The position numbers and the translations under genes were made by a program. DNA of 63,496 bases, filler included, from Klebsormidium nitens (taxonomy: Eukaryota > Plantae > Klebsormidiophyceae), in NCBI GenBank assembly GCA_000708835.1. It is 4 parts of 4 records of this genome, joined end to end, with 100 filler letters (N's around TTAATTAATTAA, not from the genome) between each part and the next. Parts side by side here need not be neighbours in the genome. Positions count along the whole stretch, not along the records: positions 54,522 to 63,496 come from DF238216.1; 3 more parts are not named here. The stretch is one strand, 5' to 3'. The notes below the pieces were generated by a model. The model did no database searches. It was given only the letters and a program-made list of their open reading frames with translations, and was not told the DNA's origin. This document shows, one piece after another, positions 57,272-63,496 of the stretch; positions within the stretch are counted from its first letter, which is position 1, and each line of letters starts with the position of its first letter.

Positions 57272-58299
57272 AGTGCTCCGGTTTGGGCCGGGAAAGGTGC
57301 CCCAGGGAGGATGTTTCCATTTGGGCGGCGCCGGCTTCGTTGGAGTTGTCCCTAATCCCCTCGCTAGGATTCAGGCCACCCCGAGCTAGGAGGTTCTCCC
57401 GCACTGCTGCAATCACGTTCTCCCTGCAGTCTTGCCGCATGTTCAGGATGGCCTTTTTGGCCTCCCTCAGAACCTCCTCTGGGTCCGCATTCGGGCAACT
57501 GGTGAGGATCGTTATGGCCACTCTTTCCACCAGAGTGCTCTCCGCTAAAGGGGTATTTACTCCCCCGTTTCGCAGAAAGTTCCTGCGCCGAGTGAGGACC
57601 TGCAGGACGTCAGCATCAAAGCCATCTAGCTCCGGAAGTTCCGCATCCCCTTCGCGTGTTGCTGCTTCCAGGATTTGTTGTGCGTCCCAGCCAAGGTGCC
57701 TGTCCAGGTCTCGTGTGAGCTATTCTACCATTTCTTCTTCTTCCAGAACTGTGCGTGCCCGAGCCGGGATTCCCGAAAGTCCCTGCATTTGTTCGGAAGG
57801 TTCCAAAGCCGTGGTCTCCCCTGCAAGGATGGTCAGGATTGTGAGCCCCTCCGGAGCCGCCCAATCCTGAAAGGTGATTTCCTCTTCCATTATGAGAAGT
57901 TCCTCCTCTTCTTCGAACAGCTTGCGCGGTTGGAAAGTCACTTCCTCCCGTTTGCTAGCGCTTTCTTCTCCGGACTTGTCCTCCCAGTCGCTGGCGCCGT
58001 CGCTCGTTGTTGTTTCCCAAGTCATCTTGACAGGAGAGCCTCTTGTCTCGTGGGTAAAGTCCATGTGAGAGTCTGCATCCGGTGTGCAAGGAGATTATTC
58101 CATCCCCTCGCTAAAGTCGACGTCCCGGGCGACTTCGCACAGAGAAACCTGAGGGAGGGAGGGTGGGTATTCAAAATCCGGTGCTGCATAGCTGGGGAGT
58201 TCGTCGGGGTCTTCATCTTGCTCCCAAGGTAGTGTTGCTACCGGATTGCGGGACAGGGGGTCTACATTTGAGTGGAGCCGGCCCGGACGGTAGACAACC

Positions 58300-59920
58300 G
58301 TGAAGTTAAACTCCAACAGCTTACAGTGCCAGCGCGCGAGTCTCCCCGTCAGTCCGGTCTGTTGGTGAAGCCATACGAGGGGGTTGTGGTCGACCCACAC
58401 TGTAAAAGTGGGTCCCCCGAAAGGGTAAGAGCGAAACTTGTCCGTTTAATCGCCCAAACCATGGCTAGCAATTCTCCATCTGTGACAGAATAGTTGGCTT
58501 CTGCGCCATGAAGTGCGCGAGAAGCAAATGCGACCGGGCACTCGCGTCCCTCGTTGTTTAGCTGGCTGAGGGTTGCCCCGATGCCAAGCTTGCTGTAATC
58601 CGTGTCCAGAAGGAACGGCTTAGCGAATTCAGGTCTTGTGAGTGCCTGCGCATCAATCAGAGCCTATTTGAGCAGCTTAAAGCTCACCGCTTGGTGCGGG
58701 CCCCAGGCGAAGGGAACTCCGATTTTCGTCAGGTCGTGAAGCGGCTTGGCCAGCTGTGCGAACCGGGGGACGAAAATCCTGTTATAGCCCAACATCCCTA
58801 GGAAGCTTTCAATCTCCGTAGGGTTGATTGGTTCGTAACAATCCCGAATTGCGCGAACCTTTTCCGGCGTGGGCAAGAGTTGATTGTGCCGGATAAGGTG
58901 CCCGAGATGTTCTGTTTCGCTGGCGCCAAAGTGGCACTTGCTCGGGCAGAGCTTAAGGTCGATGGCCTCTAGCTTTGTCAGGACGGTGTCTAGCGCAGAA
59001 AGGTGCTCCGCAAAGTCGTCGGAGTATAGCAGAGTGTCGTCCAGGTACTCTGTCACGCAGGGCTTGGGCCCGCTGATTTCCTCCTGCAGGGTTTGGTCCA
59101 TGACCATTTGATAAGTCCCTGGAGCTCCGGTCAGGCCGAATGGCATCCGGAGGAATTCGAACAGGCCGCGGTGGGTAAGAAACGCCGTCTTTTGAACATC
59201 CTCCGGGTGCAGCCGAATCTGCCAGTACCCTGCCTGCGCGTCGAGCGAAGTAAAGTAAGTCGCTCGCCCCAACTTGTCGAAGATGGAGTTGATGCGCGGC
59301 AAGGGGTACCGATTTGGTACAGTCGCCAGGTTGATTTTCCTGTAGTCGACGCAGAAGCGCCACTTGCCCCCTTTCTTTCGTGCCAGCACGACAGCCGCTG
59401 CATAGGGGCTGCTTGACCTGCGGACTACGTTGTAATCCTCCATAGGTGTCATCTGCCTGTCACTTTCATCTTTTTCAAAAGGACTGTGATTTTGGGGGCC
59501 TTCCCGAATGGGTTTGATGTCCCCGGTGTCGATCCTGTGAGTGTACCCCTTTACCAACCCCAAATCGGATGGATCTTTGGAGAAGGCGTGAGGGTGACGC
59601 TTACGGACGTCAAGCAGCTCCTTCTTTTGCTCCGGAGTCAGACTTTCTGCTATCTGTAGTTGAGGCAGGACGGCCTGCCACTGCTCCTCTGGGGGCAATC
59701 GGGGGAGCGGTTTCGCCTCGACCACGGGGCAGTCCGTGGCTTTTCGGACCTGCGGAAGCTCGAATCCAAAAATGTCCTCCCCCCAATCATTTGTCCTCTC
59801 CCTTTCGTGGGCGTCACCTGCTTCCACTTTCGCTTCGACTAACAAGACTGTGGCGCGGAGCCCGGTGGCCCAGAGCGGCCAGTAGCGGTGTGGGGATGGG
59901 GTGGAGAATCTCGTCCACAT
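58300..59920 (-). pseudogene. pol: Gypsy reverse transcriptase and RNase H
   Basis: WRFCVDYR, YPLPRI, MPFGL and YLDD; stop at 58664; FLLDTDYS..GIGATLSQ, YSVTDGELLA and WVDHNPL with a frameshift near 58430. Confidence 0.93.
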
Positions 59921-61556
59921 CGAATTGAAGGAACGTTAGCTCATACTCTCTGATTCTGTTTGAAGCATAATCCGGAGAGTACACACTCTGCTGCACCATT
60001 TCGTCGAAGAAGCGGCGGACCTCCTGCGGAGAAGAGAGTACGATGCCCCGGTTGGGTTCGTCCGGGGGCTCGTTTCTGAACGGTCGGGTCGGGGAACACA
60101 GGGGCTCCGTATCTGCCGGAAAGTTTTCCTCCGGATCCTGGAATTGCTCCAGCCAGGAGACGGTGTCGTCCATATAGCAGAGTTGGGTGAACGCAGTTGT
60201 GCCCATGAGCGCCATGTCCGAGCGGAATCTAAGTTTGCCCCGGCGGATGGGCGGCGCCAGGGGCGCCCGCGCCACGGTCGGGGGAGCGACCTCAGAGTCC
60301 GTGTCACCCGTCTCGTCCTCTTCCTCCTCTGCGTAGGAGACCAAGTCGGGGACGTCGTCATCGGAGTCCACTTGTTCGCCGTCCGGATTGCTGATGTAAG
60401 CACCTGATCGATGTGTTTCTTCGTGGCCCGGTCCCTCCGCCCGACCATTGGTCCAGGGAGCGCTGGGCAGGATGATGTTAAGGGCAACAAAATTGTCCAA
60501 GACCTCCGCCAACGTGGGAAGGTCTGTTTCCTCTGCCCGAGCTTCTGCCATCCAGGACAAGAGTGCTGACTCATGCCACTCTTCCTCTGCGCTTTCGTCG
60601 CAGTCAGAAAAGCCCAAGGAGTCCTGTTCGTCCCCGCTTTCCGCGAAGGTGATTCGTACGGCGCATTCCTCCTGCATCAGAGGCGCGCTTGGGAGGGTTG
60701 CCTCGCCGGCTTGGCGCTCCGTCGTTAGAGCGGAGAAAGCGAGGGCTGACGTCACGGTGTCGTCAGTAACCTGCGGCGGCTCCGGGGGTCCTTCGTCCGG
60801 GGGTAGCAGCCCGGGCATCCCGGCGTCTTCTTCGTCGGGGTCGCTCTCCTGCGTTTCCGTTCCTTCGGCGTCCGATTCCCCTCCTCCAGAGTCGGAGTCA
60901 TCTTCTGCACAGCCGGGGTAGTAATAAGTGGGCGGCCCCGCTTGCGTAATTGTATACCTGCGCCAGCATTCAGGGTGGATGCCTTCGGGTATCCCTTTAA
61001 TTCGTCTCCGCTGTAAGTTCTCAGCGATGGCCACCTGCGGAAGCTCAGGGATCCCCTCGCTGGAGTCGTACCGGGCGTCTTTTCGGGGCTCCTTTCCGGC
61101 CGACTCTGGCAGAGTCATCATCTGGACCTGGGAAAGCACTCGACCCCGCTTTGGCGGCATTATAAGATTTAGCGAGACAATTTTGTGACTATGGGAGAGT
61201 TGGAATTCAAACCTCCCTTTTGGGAAGTTTATCACCCCGTTGACTTTCTTCATGGATGAGGTCCCCAGAAGCACGTCGTAGTTCAAGTGATCCTGCACCA
61301 GAAATCGCGCGCCCAACTCCATGTGTGGGCCCAGACCGATTGTGCAGTCGATCCAGCCCGCAGTTGTGCTGCTCCGGCCATCCGCTTGTAGAAAAGTGGG
61401 AGAACCACGTTGGAACTTGTGCTCAAGTCCCGCGGCCTTTACCGTGTCTAGTGACATCACGTTGACGTCATCGCCTGAATCCATGCAGGTCGGCCTTTCG
61501 ATGCCCCGCACTCCTCCCACTCTGCTTACAATGTAAGCGATGCTTTCCCGGAGCAA
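59814..61556 (-). CDS. pol: Gypsy aspartic protease plus long acidic linker
   Basis: CMDSG..VNVM and YDVLLG motifs, followed by ~400 aa of D/E-rich sequence. Confidence 0.75.
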   Translation of the reverse strand: MLRESIAYIVSRVGGVRGIERPTCMDSGDDVNVMSLDTVKAAGLEHKFQRGSPTFLQADGRSSTTAGWIDCTIGLGPHMELGARFLVQDHLNYDVLLGTSSMKKVNGVINFPKGRFEFQLSHSHKIVSLNLIMPPKRGRVLSQVQMMTLPESAGKEPRKDARYDSSEGIPELPQVAIAENLQRRRIKGIPEGIHPECWRRYTITQAGPPTYYYPGCAEDDSDSGGGESDAEGTETQESDPDEEDAGMPGLLPPDEGPPEPPQVTDDTVTSALAFSALTTERQAGEATLPSAPLMQEECAVRITFAESGDEQDSLGFSDCDESAEEEWHESALLSWMAEARAEETDLPTLAEVLDNFVALNIILPSAPWTNGRAEGPGHEETHRSGAYISNPDGEQVDSDDDVPDLVSYAEEEEDETGDTDSEVAPPTVARAPLAPPIRRGKLRFRSDMALMGTTAFTQLCYMDDTVSWLEQFQDPEENFPADTEPLCSPTRPFRNEPPDEPNRGIVLSSPQEVRRFFDEMVQQSVYSPDYASNRIREYELTFLQFDVDEILHPIPTPLLAALGHRAPRHSLVSRSESGSR

Positions 61557-61566
61557 AGGATCGACC

Positions 61567-62853
61567 TTAGCGCGTTCGATCCCAAAATGTCCCTTCTCCG
61601 ACCGGTGGTTCCGGAGTTGGAAAGGTCGTGGCGTTCCGCACTACTGGCTCGTTGGTGGGGTCCGCAGAGGTCGCTGCCAGTTGGCCCACTTTCCGGAGCG
61701 TACGACTCATGTCCTGCAGGAGCTGAGGGCTGCCGTGAGCTAGGTAAGGCTCAGTCTTGAACCAGCTCAGGGGGAAAGTCCCTGTGACGGAGGGACAGGG
61801 GACAGGCGGATTGGAAGTCGCACGCCCTGCGGCGTGTTCGGTCGCCGGGGCGATGCCACGTGGCCTTCCGCTCGGGTGCAGAGCCGCGGCCGCTGGGGCC
61901 TGCTGGCTTCGCGCCGGTTGCCTGTGAGTGTCACGCCCAAGGGGCTGTGGAACCTGCCTAGGCGCCAAGGGGGGTGTGATGATCACCGGCGTTCTGTGCG
62001 CTGGCATCCGGGCGCGCGCCCCATAAGGGTCGAGCACTTCTGGTCCGCTGCGCGTGACGCGCACGTTTCCGTAGTCCTCCTCTTCGTAGGATTCTTCGTC
62101 GGAGAGATCAAGCTCCGGTTGGTGCTCCCAGACAATGGGCCTGGTGACCAAATGGACCTGCGGTTCTTCCTGCGTCGCTCGCTTTGACCTTGTCTGTCTG
62201 AGAGGCATCTTTTCCTTCTGCGGAGAGGACTTCGTCTTCTGTGGAGGCACCTTCGGCTGCGACATTTTGGTGCGCGCCCTCGTGCAGGGCCCGTTCGGGC
62301 AGCTGGGCGCTAAGTGCGGCAGACAAGTGCGCACTGTGCCCTTAACTCCACAGGAGTGGCAAACCCGTTCTTTCCGGGGGGCGGCCGGGGCCGTCCCCGA
62401 GGCCCGTCGGGGCGAGGGAGTGTCTGGCACCCATTCTCCTTCAAAAGTGGAGTGCAGAATAGTGGGCGGCTCGCAGTCTTCGTAAACTGTTTCAGTGTCG
62501 CAATCGGTGTAGCCATAGTCGACTTTCTCTCCGTTAGCCCAGCGGGCCGTGTTCTTCTGTGGCTCGGGGCAGTTCATCTGCACGTGCCCTGTCTTGCCGC
62601 AGTTAAAGCAGGCTCGGGGCTTGGTCGGGGGGAAGTTAGACCGACCCTGCTGTGGAGGGCGCTCATTCCTTGCGCCATTGTTTCGATCGCGGTAACGACC
62701 GGCGGGTGGTGGGCGCGGAGGATCCTGTTGAGTCAACCAGGCGGTGTCGAAGTCTTCGTCCGGTGGGCGCTCTGAATCAGCTTCAGAGTACCTGTCGGCC
62801 TCGGTCAGTCGAACTTGGTTCGTGGCGCGCGCGGTGACCCGCAGCGGCGCCAT
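61567..62853 (-). CDS. gag: Gypsy Gag C-terminal part with CCHC knuckle
   Basis: CFNCGKTGHVQMNC, followed by CHSCG and a Pro-rich tail. Confidence 0.75.
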   Translation of the reverse strand: MAPLRVTARATNQVRLTEADRYSEADSERPPDEDFDTAWLTQQDPPRPPPAGRYRDRNNGARNERPPQQGRSNFPPTKPRACFNCGKTGHVQMNCPEPQKNTARWANGEKVDYGYTDCDTETVYEDCEPPTILHSTFEGEWVPDTPSPRRASGTAPAAPRKERVCHSCGVKGTVRTCLPHLAPSCPNGPCTRARTKMSQPKVPPQKTKSSPQKEKMPLRQTRSKRATQEEPQVHLVTRPIVWEHQPELDLSDEESYEEEDYGNVRVTRSGPEVLDPYGARARMPAHRTPVIITPPLAPRQVPQPLGRDTHRQPARSQQAPAAAALHPSGRPRGIAPATEHAAGRATSNPPVPCPSVTGTFPLSWFKTEPYLAHGSPQLLQDMSRTLRKVGQLAATSADPTNEPVVRNATTFPTPEPPVGEGTFWDRTR

Positions 62854-63496
62854 TGGCTTAGCCGTAGGAGCTTTCTCCTGCTGTCCCTCCGCCGCTCGTC
62901 CGGACGAGGGGTATGGGGTGTGAACCCATCGGAGCCCCCGGGGGAAGGCGGTGGGTCGGGGGACGAGGCCACCTGTCTCTGCAAAGAAGGGGAAAGCTCC
63001 CGCGGTCTTGTTTCCGGGGCGTTGTTAACTGCTTGGCTCTGGGGAAAAACTCGAAGCCGTATCGGCTCTTTTCGGGAGTCGATTTGTTCGAACGGAGAGG
63101 TTTCTGTGGGGCCCCCCGTTCGCTGCCTCCCATAATCCTGCCATAGCCGCTCAGTCGTTCTGGGCCTGGGCATCTGTTCCTGCACTTCTATTCGGATTTC
63201 AGGAACGGAAGCGAATTGCTCAGGCGGCTGCACTTCCCCGCGTGTTGGCAGCGGAGAAGAAGCCTGCTCCGAGTCACTTCTGTTTGGGACGAGTCGCCAA
63301 CGGTTGAGTCTGATTCAAGCTTGGCGGCTCCTCGTTCCCTTCCTCTTTTATTTTCTGTCTTCTGGTGAACTCCCTGAACCTTTGGTACTCTTCCCATTCT
63401 TCGTCGAAGCCTGAGGAATTTCCACTGGCGGAGTTTGTTCCTTTGGGGCAACTGAGCCCTCCTTCCGGAATTTCCGGTGGGCTAGCTCCTGAAACG

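Larger units (their letters stand above)
55900..63496 (-). mobile_element. Degenerate Ty3/Gypsy LTR retrotransposon, 5' part beyond the window
   Basis: Order gag(CCHC)-PR-RT-RH-IN, with several stops and frameshifts. Confidence 0.93.

Noticed and set aside
1-63496. Complete giant endogenous virus, Polinton or PLV
   Set aside because: No major capsid protein, packaging ATPase, family B polymerase or viral RNA polymerase was recognised in the window. No tRNA or rRNA genes were seen either.

Overview
Eukaryotic, GC-rich, intron-containing DNA. The expanded LAAQDP-type F-box family suggests a Klebsormidium-like green alga (inference). Almost the whole window is mobile or virus-like. (1) 0.8-10.5 kb (+): a many-exon gene fusing an AEP/PrimPol primase to a UL9-like SF2 origin-binding helicase; two of its introns each hold an intronless antisense ORF. 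(2) 10.5-17.3 kb: a compact, intronless, lower-GC island with an NCLDV-type hypothetical protein, an MC1-like DNA-bending protein, a PLV/NCLDV-type tyrosine recombinase, a small basic protein and a Prim-Pol + D5 (SF3) primase-helicase, followed by a cluster of GATACA/TGTATC motifs. No capsid or packaging ATPase is visible. (3) 17.4-22.1 kb (-): a disrupted KDZ (Kyakuja-Dileera-Zisupton) transposase with an F-box/XPA-like gene nested antisense in its intron. (4) 22.8-29.9 kb: a tandemly duplicated array of head-to-head F-box genes and pseudogenes. (5) 39-45.7 kb: a second, spliced and frameshifted Prim-Pol/D5 gene whose introns carry 54-55 bp repeats, next to paralogs of the same small basic protein and MC1-like protein. 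(6) 46-63.5 kb: a GTAC-rich palindromic region, a MULE/NOF-FB-like transposase, an internally deleted Copia element and a degenerate Gypsy element. The best candidate for a new system is a capsid-less, YR-integrating primase-helicase element present in both an intronless and an intronised form. Each replication gene has its own family of origin-like repeats. All domain calls come from motif recognition by eye; no searches were run.
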